Source of the DNA: an uncultured delta proteobacterium
Lineage (GTDB): Bacteria > Desulfobacterota > Desulfobacteria > Desulfobacterales > QNYZ01
Reading direction: 5' to 3'
Assembly: GCA_963845145.1 (NCBI GenBank)
Contig: CAWJQU010000013.1
Coordinates: 32,001-96,000 of the forward strand
DNA: 64,000 bases
In this document: one piece after another, positions 1 to 9,242 of the stretch
How the letters are laid out: each line of letters begins with the position of its first letter
How positions within the stretch are numbered: position 1 is the first letter of the stretch
Notes under the pieces: model-generated
Told to the model about the DNA's origin: nothing
The model's input: the letters and a program-made list of their open reading frames with translations, nothing else
Database searches by the model: none
Program-made: the position numbers and the translations under genes

Positions 1-13
1 GTCAGACATAAGG

Positions 14-649
14 TCATCCTTTTTTTAAAACGGTATTTAAAACGTTCTCGACAACGGTGTCTACGATGTTATCAGGCAGTTGCACCAGATCGGGCGCCAT
101 TTTTTTTTCCTGGATATATCGGCGGATTTTACTTTCCATTCGGTTGAAAAATAGCAGCGGGCCCAAGGTGCTGAAATGGACAGCCAAGACGCTCGTTTCC
201 CGGAAAAGACCGGCATCCTGACCCTGGATCAATACCCCGGATAACAATTTGAAAATCCGGGCAAACTCCATGATCACACTATCCGGCCAGTTTGCCCCGG
301 CAGAGGCGATTTCGCGCAGCATGATGGACGGTAGATAAGGGTTGTGCTGCATTGTTTCCGCCATGGTCCTGACAAATCGTTCCAACTTCTCCCGAGGCCC
401 AGCGCCTGCATCTATTTGCGAGGTCATCCGGTCCGCCACACTACTGAAGATTCGTTGGAGAACGGTGGCATATAGCGACTTCTTGTCGCCAAGGTGATAA
501 TAGATCGTTGCCTTGTTGACCCCGGCGCGACGGGCAATTTCATCCACCCTGGCACCCGAAAATCCCTTTTCACTGAACTCCACTATGGCTGCATCAAGTA
601 TCTTGCCGGAAGTATCATCCTTGTTTTGTTCAATTTTTCTATTGTTCAT
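14..649 (-). CDS. TetR/AcrR family transcriptional regulator
   Basis: N-terminal HTH 'ILDAAIVEFSEKGFSGARVDEIARRAGVNKATIYYH'; start set at ATG 649 (MNNRK) downstream of GGAG; ORF track starts at 676. Confidence 0.9.
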   Translation of the reverse strand: MNNRKIEQNKDDTSGKILDAAIVEFSEKGFSGARVDEIARRAGVNKATIYYHLGDKKSLYATVLQRIFSSVADRMTSQIDAGAGPREKLERFVRTMAETMQHNPYLPSIMLREIASAGANWPDSVIMEFARIFKLLSGVLIQGQDAGLFRETSVLAVHFSTLGPLLFFNRMESKIRRYIQEKKMAPDLVQLPDNIVDTVVENVLNTVLKKG

Positions 650-685
650 GGAAATTATACTCCGTGGCCAATGCAACCCATTGAT

Positions 686-730
686 TAAACCAATCGACTA
701 AACTAACTGTTTGGTTAAACTGTTTGGTAA
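686..730. promoter_or_regulatory. Putative TetR operator (tandem AACTGTTTGGT[T/A]A repeat)
   Basis: AACTGTTTGGTTA (705-717) directly followed by AACTGTTTGGTAA (718-730) in the short gap upstream of the tetR gene. Confidence 0.4.
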
Positions 731-732
731 AA

Positions 733-3210
733 TTACCCGTTGTGCATACCGTTGTCAATAGTATTTTTTCTTCTATTTACATCACCCTTTGTCACCAGAA
801 CCATCAGGGCCGGATTAACGATAAAATCTGCTAACAGGGCAAATATAATCGTTATTCCTGTTAGAAACCCAAATACAACCAAAAGGGATAAAGAGGCGGT
901 CATAAGGATAAAAAACCCGGAGCAGAGTATCATAGAGGTCAACAATATCGCCCGGCCCGTACCGAGCAGGGTTTTTTGTATGGCCTTGGCAGCATCTCCG
1001 GTATCCTCGTAATACTTTCTGAAGTTGTACATAAAGTGGAGGGTATCGTCCACCACGATGCCGATGGCAATCGAACCGATCATAATGGTACTCATATCAA
1101 TTTTTATCCGCATGGCCCCCATGAGCCCCATGGTCATAAAAATCGGCAACAGATTTGATATCATGCTTAGCAGCCCGATCTTGATACTTCCCACATGAAA
1201 AATCATCAAGAGGGCAATCACACAAAAAGCGATCACATAACTCTTGGCCATACTATGCAGTGATGCCGGAATGGATTTTGCCAAAAGCGTGGGGATACCG
1301 GTGATGGTGATGCTTGCAAGATCCGGAAACCTAGCCTGGAAACAGTCCTGTACGTAACTGATAAATTTTACCAGGTGCACCGCATCGGTCGACGGTATTT
1401 TAATGCTTACCCGCGCTTTTCTGAAATTACCGTCCGCCACGCGGGTCAAGTCATCGGAACCACTGTTTTCAAACAACAAAAGTTCCTGTGAAATGGTGCG
1501 TTTATCATCGGGGAGTTTATAATATCGAGCGTCATTGTTGTGTAAAGACCTGTGGATTTCTTTGATAACGTCATTGACGGAAAACACCTTCCCCACGAAC
1601 AAGTGATCGTTTGAGTACGCCATGAGATCCCGAGTTATTGTCTCGATCCCCTTGAGCAGAGCCGGTTCTTTGACGCCATCATCAATATTTGTATCCAGAA
1701 TTACCTCAAGCATGATTGATCCTTGAAGGTGCTTGTCAATATATGGCACATCCCCCTTTATTTTCTCTTCTTTTGATATCCAGTTGAGGACATTGTGCGA
1801 ATAGGAAACCTGGCTTGTATAAAAAACAGAGACGGCGAATAGGGCCAGGGATGCGGCGACAACCTTACGGGGATGCTTGTCCGATAAGGCGGCAAATGAC
1901 AAAAGGATGCGATCCATCACCACCGATTGGCTTTCCTTACTATCAATTGTTTTTCTTTTGAAAGGAATTAAGGCAATACAAGGTGGGAGCATTAGAAATG
2001 TATAGATCATTGCCAATATAACGCCGGCGGCGCCAAAAAGCCCCAGATCGGCAATGGCGGTAAGCTCGGCAAACGCAAACGACAACAGGCTGGCCGCCGT
2101 GGTTAAGGCGGTAAGTACTATGGCAAGACCTGAATGCCCCACGGCATAAGCGATGGCATCTTCCTTACTCTTTCCACCATGATATTGCACAAAAAAAATG
2201 GCTAAAATGTGGACGGCATAGCCGACACTTACGGCAAGTAAGAAACCAGGGAGTACAACGGTCGTTAATTTAATGGAAATATTAAATATAGAAATCAACC
2301 CTGCTGTTGATAGAAGCGCAGCAATGATGATCATTTCCGGGATCAACACGCCGGGTATATTTCGAAAAAGAAGGGATAGTAAAAGCGCAATGACCAACAA
2401 CGAAAGAATGATCACCACCACAATATCCTTTTCCATGGCACGGTTGTATACGTTCAGGACCACAGGGCCACCGGCGATCGACAGGGAAAAATCGGGACGA
2501 TGGTATGTTTTTGACACGCGGTTGATGGCTTCTACCACCTGCCGGTTTTCCTTTTCGCTGAAGTAATGCGGCTGGGAACCTTTCCCATTCCCCAGATTAG
2601 ATTCATCGGCGGATTCATCATTTTCACTGAATCCTTCAAAAAGAACCTCATCACCTTTCAATGCCTGGCTTATTATCGCTTCCGTTTCTATGATGAGCGT
2701 TGTTACCGTGCCATCGCTTGAGATAAGAAAATCTTTATAGAGCTGGTTATCAAATATCCTTTCTCGTAACGATTCAAGGTCAGCGCTGCTTTTTGGCCAT
2801 GCTTCGATAAGTTCCCCGACAATGAGTTGATCGCCGTCGCCATAAGTGTCTCTGGCATTGATAAGGCTGGTTATTTGTTTAATATAGGGAACTTGGCTTT
2901 CCAATTCTTCGTGAAACGCTTTTAACTTTTCAAGAAACTGAGTATCAAAGATATCCGGCGGGGTGACAGCGATGATAATGATGTCATTTACGTCAAACTG
3001 ATTTCGGAAATCGTCATAACGAATACGAATGGCGTCGGTTTTTCTCAGCAAAGCCACAGCGGATGTGTCGATGACGATTTTCGGAATAAACGAGGTAAGG
3101 ACCAAAATGAAAGAAAGGGTGGCTAACAAACATTTGATACGATGGCGGAAGAGCATTCCGGCAAGATTTGAAAAAATAAGCTCAATTTTATCCCGGTTGT
3201 TTCGATTCAT
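733..3210 (-). CDS. RND-superfamily exporter, MMPL-like (COG1033 type)
   Basis: 825 aa, two repeats of large loop plus TM bundle; 'IAIGIVVDDTLH' RND motif. Confidence 0.85.
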   Translation of the reverse strand: MNRNNRDKIELIFSNLAGMLFRHRIKCLLATLSFILVLTSFIPKIVIDTSAVALLRKTDAIRIRYDDFRNQFDVNDIIIIAVTPPDIFDTQFLEKLKAFHEELESQVPYIKQITSLINARDTYGDGDQLIVGELIEAWPKSSADLESLRERIFDNQLYKDFLISSDGTVTTLIIETEAIISQALKGDEVLFEGFSENDESADESNLGNGKGSQPHYFSEKENRQVVEAINRVSKTYHRPDFSLSIAGGPVVLNVYNRAMEKDIVVVIILSLLVIALLLSLLFRNIPGVLIPEMIIIAALLSTAGLISIFNISIKLTTVVLPGFLLAVSVGYAVHILAIFFVQYHGGKSKEDAIAYAVGHSGLAIVLTALTTAASLLSFAFAELTAIADLGLFGAAGVILAMIYTFLMLPPCIALIPFKRKTIDSKESQSVVMDRILLSFAALSDKHPRKVVAASLALFAVSVFYTSQVSYSHNVLNWISKEEKIKGDVPYIDKHLQGSIMLEVILDTNIDDGVKEPALLKGIETITRDLMAYSNDHLFVGKVFSVNDVIKEIHRSLHNNDARYYKLPDDKRTISQELLLFENSGSDDLTRVADGNFRKARVSIKIPSTDAVHLVKFISYVQDCFQARFPDLASITITGIPTLLAKSIPASLHSMAKSYVIAFCVIALLMIFHVGSIKIGLLSMISNLLPIFMTMGLMGAMRIKIDMSTIMIGSIAIGIVVDDTLHFMYNFRKYYEDTGDAAKAIQKTLLGTGRAILLTSMILCSGFFILMTASLSLLVVFGFLTGITIIFALLADFIVNPALMVLVTKGDVNRRKNTIDNGMHNG

Positions 3211-3222
3211 TCCGGACCCTTA

Positions 3223-3865
3223 TTATGCTTTATCCCTATTCTGCTTTAACCCAGCGACCAGAATATCAATGCTTCTACCAACTAGAATATTAAGTGGTGC
3301 CGGCATGAACTTTCGGTGATCCTTGCCCTCATATAGCATGATGATACCGGTCAGCGATCCCCAGAGTACAATCGCAATCTCCATGGGGTCCTGCTTTTGA
3401 ATGTCTCCGGTTTGCATCCCCTCCTCAATACATTGGGCGATCAGGGTCAAGCATTTGAACCCTTCTTTGAAGCATTGATCATACAGCGCGTCGGAAATAT
3501 TTGTGGTTATCTCACCATGCTGGAACAAAAAGTTGATATGAAAATAGTGTTGGTGCTCAGTAGCGTAGCGATAATACGCCCACCCCAATGCTTTTACCTT
3601 TTTTTCCCACCCACTTTGGCCTTTCACGGATTTTGTAAAAGCGGCATTAAGGATGGCCATCCCTTCAACCAATAATGAGACGTACAGCTCCTCCTTATTT
3701 TTGAAATAAAGATACAGCGTACCCTTGCTTAGCTCGGCTTTTCGAGCAATTTGATCCATCGAAGTTGCGGCGAATCCGCGTTTAAAAAAAAGTGCTCTTG
3801 GCCGCTTTTAGAATCATTTTTCCGCGAATTTTTTTTTCTTTGTTTCGTCTCTCTTTGGTTCCCAT
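3223..3865 (-). CDS. TetR/AcrR family regulator (one frameshift near 3784-3800)
   Basis: GGAG then ATG 3865 gives MGTKERRNKEK...ILKAA; removing one base near the A8 run (3784-3791) joins it to FKRGFAATSMDQIARKAELSKGTLYLYFKNKEELY; span is 3n+1. Confidence 0.8.
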
Positions 3866-3899
3866 CTTTACTCCAGATGCATGACCATTGGATATATTT

Positions 3900-3941
3900 T
3901 GACCAATAGTCATTAAATAACCAAAAGTTCTCTCTGTCAAG
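3900..3941 (-). promoter_or_regulatory. Palindrome TGAC-CAATA-GTCA and TTGACA box upstream of tetR
   Basis: Inverted repeat at 3900-3912 and minus-strand TTGACA at 3940-3935; arrangement typical of TetR autoregulation. Confidence 0.4.
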
Positions 3942-4055
3942 TAAATTTTTCAAAATGGTTGTCAGATCAGGATAACCTTATTGATGAAATGAATCATTCA
4001 CGATATGATTAATCATCCCTATAGAAAAAATAAATATCATCCCAAGGAACCCGTC

Positions 4056-4274
4056 ATGCTCAATTGGCTAGACAAGATACCCTACATACTTCTCATCATA
4101 GCCGCCGTCTTTATGCTTTTGGCCCCCTTTATGCCCATGCCGCATATTATCGAAAAATTGATCATGTTAAAGAACGGGACGTTAACCAAACCCCTCGATA
4201 TTTTTGATTTGTTTTATCATCTGATCCCGAGCATTATCCTCGTTCTTAAAATCGTACGTGATACCAAAAGCTAA
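4056..4274 (+). CDS. Small membrane protein of unknown function (72 aa)
   Basis: AAGGA RBS then ATG 4056; two hydrophobic segments flanking 'PMPHIIEKL...DIFDLFYH'. Confidence 0.65.
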   Translation: MLNWLDKIPYILLIIAAVFMLLAPFMPMPHIIEKLIMLKNGTLTKPLDIFDLFYHLIPSIILVLKIVRDTKS

Positions 4275-4305
4275 TACTGATTATTCGAAAGGCATGGGTG
4301 GAAAT

Positions 4306-4923
4306 ATGGGCGTTATGGTCGAAGAACCGAACAGATATTTTGGCCAATTTGTTCCCGAGCGTTCGGAGCTGCTGATGGCCCTGGAAGCGGAAGCCGAGCA
4401 GCAGGATATCCCCATTGTGGGGCCCGTGGTTGGAAATCTGCTTTATCTGCTGGCAAAGATTAAGGGCGCCAGCCATATTGTCGAAATGGGAACCGCCACG
4501 GGATATTCCGCTATATTTTTGGGAGCTGCCTGCCAGTCAAACCCCGGCCGGCTCACCACGTTTGAAGCCGATCCGGAAATGGCTGCGCGAGCGGCCGGAA
4601 ACATTGAAAAGGCAGGCCTGGCTCAATGGGTGAATGTTCGTTGCGAGGACGCCCTGGAAGGTTTGCGGAACGTTGAGCCGTCCCTGGATATGATCTTTAT
4701 GGATATTGAAAAGCTCGATTATTCCCGCGCCTTGGCGTTGTGCAAAGATAAACTCGTCAAAAACGGCCTGCTCTTGGCAGACAACACCGGATTTCAGGAT
4801 GCCGACGCTTTTAACCAGGCCATTTTTAAAGATGCCGATTGGGAATCGGTGAACCTTTGGACCTTTCTACCCGGCCACTCCCCTGAAAATGATGGCCTTT
4901 GTATCGCGTTGAAACGAATATAG
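4306..4923 (+). CDS. Class I SAM-dependent O-methyltransferase (Methyltransf_3-like)
   Basis: 'IPIVGP', 'VEMGTATGYSA', 'DMIFMDIEK', 'LLADN' motifs; start uncertain (4294 or 4306). Confidence 0.85.
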   Translation: MGVMVEEPNRYFGQFVPERSELLMALEAEAEQQDIPIVGPVVGNLLYLLAKIKGASHIVEMGTATGYSAIFLGAACQSNPGRLTTFEADPEMAARAAGNIEKAGLAQWVNVRCEDALEGLRNVEPSLDMIFMDIEKLDYSRALALCKDKLVKNGLLLADNTGFQDADAFNQAIFKDADWESVNLWTFLPGHSPENDGLCIALKRI

Positions 4924-4945
4924 AGGAAAAGAATGAACCCGCCAG

Positions 4946-4968
4946 CCCGGCAGCACTGTTGCTGCGGG
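4946..4968. terminator. GC-rich hairpin between convergent genes
   Basis: CCCG(G)CAGCA-CTGT-TGCTGCGGG; no clear U-tract. Confidence 0.3.
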
Positions 4969-4986
4969 AATCCTCAGTTCAGGACC

Positions 4987-5532
4987 TTACACCTCGCAAG
5001 CCTTAAGAACATCTTTTATCGACGGATGATCTCCGGCTTTCTGACTGCGATATAGATAGTGTGCATTTTGGCCGGGACCGACAACCAGCACCCCGCCCTG
5101 CTGCAAAGGCGGGCCTTGAATCCCTTTTTGTAAATAACCGGCGCCGAGGGCACGGAGCCCCGCTTTCAGCGGGCTAAACCCCATCACAGAGGTCAAGCCT
5201 TTTTTAAAACCGAGAATGTTATACGTTTCCAGGGATGGATCGGTGAAGAAGGGGCCTTTGTAGCGGGTAACTTCTCTGAAAGGCACAATAAATTTCTCCG
5301 GCCCGTTGCCGATCACCACCAATTGGACGTTTTTACGCTCAAAAGCCTTCCTGTTTTTATTTAGATCGGCAACCTGCCGACGGCTGATCATTCAACCAAA
5401 ATGTCGGATAAATACCAGGACCACTCTTTTAGCTTTCCACAAGGTAGATAGTACTGTCAAATTTCCAGTTTCATCCGAAACTTTTTGGCGACCTAATTTT
5501 TTAAGTGTTTGAGTGTCTAAAATCACCTTCAT
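4987..5532 (-). CDS. Peroxiredoxin-like (AhpC/TSA-2, SelU/SelL-related) thioredoxin-fold selenoprotein, UxxS motif
   Basis: Frame open from ATG 5532 (or GTG 5526) through 'VVLVFIRHFG', TGA 5394-5392, then 'MISRRQV...QQGGVLVVGP'; TGA sits at the first Cys of the family RHxGCxxC motif; hairpin follows. Confidence 0.85.
5366..5380 (-). promoter_or_regulatory. Bacterial SECIS-like hairpin
   Basis: mRNA UCGGCA-GGU-UGCCGA, loop starts 17 nt after the in-frame UGA. Confidence 0.75.
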
Positions 5533-5593
5533 TCCTTTAAGTTCAGGCGGTAATCGTGCTCGTAGAGGATGAGAAGCGCCGGACTTTTTTCCA

Positions 5594-7490
5594 TTACGGA
5601 GCCGGTCTCTCTGTTTGGGTTAAAAGAAGATCTGCCAAGGTCTCCAATCCCAATTCTCTTAGAACGGCTTCTTGGGGAAGGCCTTCTTCATCGAGACCCC
5701 GCAGTTTATAAAACTCTTTTAACATCAGCGTCATGTCGGGGACACTGCCTTCGGTGGGGCCTTCCGTCATAGGCGTCATTAACCTTGGGGGCAGCCGGTC
5801 GTCTTTGGCCCGGGCACCGAAAAGATTGGTCAGGCCTCGTTTCAGATACCATACCCGACGACCGATCTTCATCACCTCTTCCAAGGTATAATCGAATCCG
5901 GTCACATGGTTTAGCATTGCCACAGCCTGGGTTGCATTGAGGGGGGTTGCGCCCAGATTACAAAAAATGGCACAATGGGAAAAAAACATGCCGTAGTCCT
6001 GGCAGACCACATTCAAATCAGCACGGTTTTTCGCTGCCCTCGGGAAGCTCATCGGCCAACTCGGGTAGTTCCGGAACATACATGGCACCCCCTTCGACCT
6101 CGAAGACCAGGCTTGCTTCATGGCAGGCGCCCCGGGGGGAAACCCCATAGGCCAGCCCGAAACCATGGGCGTTTCTGGGGTCATGCATGGGGGCTTCAAG
6201 ACCTTTTACCGTAGTCAGATATTGGGAAGCGTTTTTGCCGATACGTTCCGCGGCTTTGGCGCTCCCCTCGGCAAGCAGCGCGCCGAAGCCCTCATTTTTG
6301 CCGATCATTTCGGTCAAGGCAACGATGGCGGCCGCGTTTCCCCAGCGTAGTTCCAGCCCATCGGTCTCTTGGGTGGTAAGCAAACCGTTTTCAAAGCAAT
6401 CGATGGCAAACGCAATGGTTGCCCCACAGGAGATGGTATCCATGCCGTAGCGGTTGCAGATTTCATTGGCCTTGGCCACGGATTCGATATCGGCGTTCAA
6501 GCACATGGTACCAAAAGCAGCCACCGTTTCATATTCCGGGCCGGGTCCCTTTTTGGTTTTAAAAGGTCCCGCTTTTACCTCAGCGTTTTTTTTGCACGCC
6601 ACCGTGCAGGCATAGCAGGTCCGATCGCCGGCATGGATTTTCGCCTCGATGGATGCCGGCCCCAGCTCATCAATATCCTCCCAATCGCTCATCTGCCAGT
6701 TTTTGATGGGGATATCGCCGGCGATAATACCGACATCGAGGTGGGCGGGGGTTCCGGCCGATTGGATGGAGCTGATATAGATGCTCTCGGCGTAAATCTC
6801 CTTTAATTCCGCCCGCAGCGCTTTGAGCTTTTCGGGGTGGGCAATATCCAGTTTGCCGGTGCCGGTGGCATAGATAGCCTTTAATTTTTTTGAACCCCAT
6901 ACGGCCCCCAGACCGGTACGGCCGGCAGCATGTCCTTTTTTGTTAATCAGGTTGGCAAACCGAATCCGATTCTCACCCGCCGGCCCGATGGTGAGTACCT
7001 GTCCTGGTTTGGATGATTGAGCCCGTAGGTCTTTCGTCAACGCATCCGTAACACAATAAACATCCTTGCCCCAATATGCGGATGCGTCGCGCAATTCAAC
7101 CTGTTGATCGTTGATAAAAAGATACACAGGAGTCTGGGCGGCACCGGTGATGACAATGCCGTCGTAACCGGCCAGCTTAAGTCGGGCCCCAAAATGCCCC
7201 CCCACATTGGCATCCCCCCAATAGCCGGTTAGGGGAGATTTGGAACAGACCGACCACCGTGCCGTGGCATCCATACCGCAACCGGTCAGGGGACCTGTCA
7301 TCAGGACAAAAGGATTGTCGGCCGACAGAGCATCAAATTGGGGTTTTTCCTTTATCAAATCCAGGAAGATACGGGTGCCAAATCCAAGGCCACCGATATT
7401 CTCCCGGGCAAATGTCATATCCAGGGGTTTGACTTGGATCCGACCGCTGGTCAGATCGACATAAAGAAGATTGCCGGCATAACCACTCAT
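5594..7490 (-). CDS. aor: Aldehyde:ferredoxin oxidoreductase (W/Mo-pterin), one frameshift at ~6027-6031
   Basis: 'LLYVDLTSG', 'KSPLTG', 'AAGRTGLGAVWGSKKLKAI', 'CYACTVAC', 'GPEYET', 'GMDTISCG', 'KGLEAPMHDPR', C-terminal 'DDRLPPRL...YKLRGLDEEGLP'; halves join if one A is removed from an A5 run. Confidence 0.9.
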
Positions 7491-7536
7491 TTTGTATTAT
7501 CCTTTACCCCAAAAAATCACCTTACAGGCACGGGGC

Positions 7537-7950
7537 CTAATGAATATTGTACTTGGCATAACCGTTTTCATCCAAGTACTTTGGGTACATGGCATAGCTT
7601 GGCTTGATCGCCGGTAAAAGCTTTAAAATCTTGGGAACCGGGCCTTTGGCAACCATCTGCCTGCGGGTCAAGGCCATGGTTAGATTGACTTTCCCGAACC
7701 AGAATTTATGGGCAATGTCGGCTTTCATGCTCATTTCAACAACGGCCTTGGTTTCCGTGTCATCCGGGCGTACATCAACGGCATCGCCGGCGCAATCCAC
7801 AACCACCACCAGATCCGGGTCCGAATAGATAAAACGGATGACCATTTTTGATGCCATCAATTTATCCGCAACCTGGGGTGTATCGCCAAGGAGTTTAAAA
7901 AAACCGACGATGACTTCCTTAAAATTCTCATGATTTTCGAAAACAGCCAT
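7537..7950 (-). CDS. SCP2 sterol/lipid-binding domain protein
   Basis: 'MSMKADIAHKFWFGKVNLTMALTRRQMVAKGPVPKILKL'; clearly similar to the C-terminal domain of the 17541-19382 protein. Confidence 0.85.
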   Translation of the reverse strand: MAVFENHENFKEVIVGFFKLLGDTPQVADKLMASKMVIRFIYSDPDLVVVVDCAGDAVDVRPDDTETKAVVEMSMKADIAHKFWFGKVNLTMALTRRQMVAKGPVPKILKLLPAIKPSYAMYPKYLDENGYAKYNIH

Positions 7951-7971
7951 TCTGGATTCCTTTCTTTCAGC

Positions 7972-9147
7972 TTAATATGCGTTTTTTAAATGAATCAAAA
8001 TTTCCTCAGCCTCAACTTCCCTGGGATTGTAAATAACCGTCCCATCCTCAATGGCGGCTTCCGCAATCATCGACAAACTCTCTTCGGGAACGCCGGCATC
8101 CCTTAGCCGCACTGGTAAGGCATCCAAGGCATTTAATTGCCGGCCAAGGTCTCTCACCGCCTCTATGGCCCCAAGGGCTGCCTCGTCAATCGATAATCCG
8201 GACACATCCACCCCCATAACGGGTGCCAACACCGCAAATTTTTCTTTACTTACCTCAAAATTGTACGCCATGCCGTGAGGAAGCAGAATAGCATTGGCCA
8301 CTCCGTGGGGTACCCGGGTTAAGCCGCCCACGGCATGGGCCATGGAGTGCACACACCCCACCATGGAATGCGAAAAAGAGCTTCCGGCCATATTGGCGGC
8401 AATGAGCATGCCCCCCCGGGCCTCTATGTCATCTCCTTTTTGTGTGGCCCGCACGAGATATTTGAAAATAAGTTTGATAGCTTCAACCGCCAGAGCTTCG
8501 GAGTGGGGCGAGGTGTCGACCCCCACATAAGATTCCACGGCATGGGTGAGGGCGTCCATACCGGTGGAAGCCGTTAAACCGGGAGGTAGGGATTGAGTCA
8601 TCAGCGGGTCCAGCACGGCTAAATCAGGTAGCAGGAACTTATCTGAAAAGGCAAGTTTGGTTTTGTTGGCCACATCATAAATCACCGCCACCAGTGTATT
8701 TTCACTCCCTGTTCCGGCGGTGGTTGGAATCACAATAAACGGCTTGAGAGGCTTTGTGAGGGTGGCCGCCCCGGAGTAGTCCGCGATCAAGTCGCCGCCT
8801 TCCGAGAAAACAAAGTTGGCTGCCTTGGTGGCATCGATGACGCTGCCGCCGCCAACGGCGATCAATCCTTCGGCCCCGCTATCTTTTGCGTGACGGCTGA
8901 TATTTTCTACTGCTTCCACGGAAGCGTCCTGGGGAACATCATAAAATTCCCCGGTAATGGTAAAACCGGCTTCTTCCAACCCGTTCTTGATCGGTTGAAT
9001 GACTCCCAGATTGTGGAGCACTTGATCGGATACAATGAAATAGTTTTTAACACCCAGCTCTTCCACTTCATGGGAAAAATCGGTTACCAAACCTTCTCCA
9101 TATATTACCTTAGTGGGATGGTGAAATTGATAAAATTCAGGTAACAT
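7972..9147 (-). CDS. Iron-containing alcohol dehydrogenase
   Basis: 'GGGSVIDATK', 'IPTTAGTGSE', 'GMDALTHAVE', 'HSMAH', 'PHGVANA' motifs. Confidence 0.92.
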   Translation of the reverse strand: MLPEFYQFHHPTKVIYGEGLVTDFSHEVEELGVKNYFIVSDQVLHNLGVIQPIKNGLEEAGFTITGEFYDVPQDASVEAVENISRHAKDSGAEGLIAVGGGSVIDATKAANFVFSEGGDLIADYSGAATLTKPLKPFIVIPTTAGTGSENTLVAVIYDVANKTKLAFSDKFLLPDLAVLDPLMTQSLPPGLTASTGMDALTHAVESYVGVDTSPHSEALAVEAIKLIFKYLVRATQKGDDIEARGGMLIAANMAGSSFSHSMVGCVHSMAHAVGGLTRVPHGVANAILLPHGMAYNFEVSKEKFAVLAPVMGVDVSGLSIDEAALGAIEAVRDLGRQLNALDALPVRLRDAGVPEESLSMIAEAAIEDGTVIYNPREVEAEEILIHLKNAY

Positions 9148-9242
9148 TCGTTCCTCCTTATTCGAACCTATCCAGTTTGAATATGTGCGCGATACTTATC
9201 TACTACCGTCAAATTTAATCCACCTTCCTAATCCCATCTCTC

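Noticed and set aside
6018..6020. TGA ending the first aor ORF as a Sec codon
   Set aside because: AOR similarity continues in a different frame from ~6030, so this is a frameshift, not read-through.
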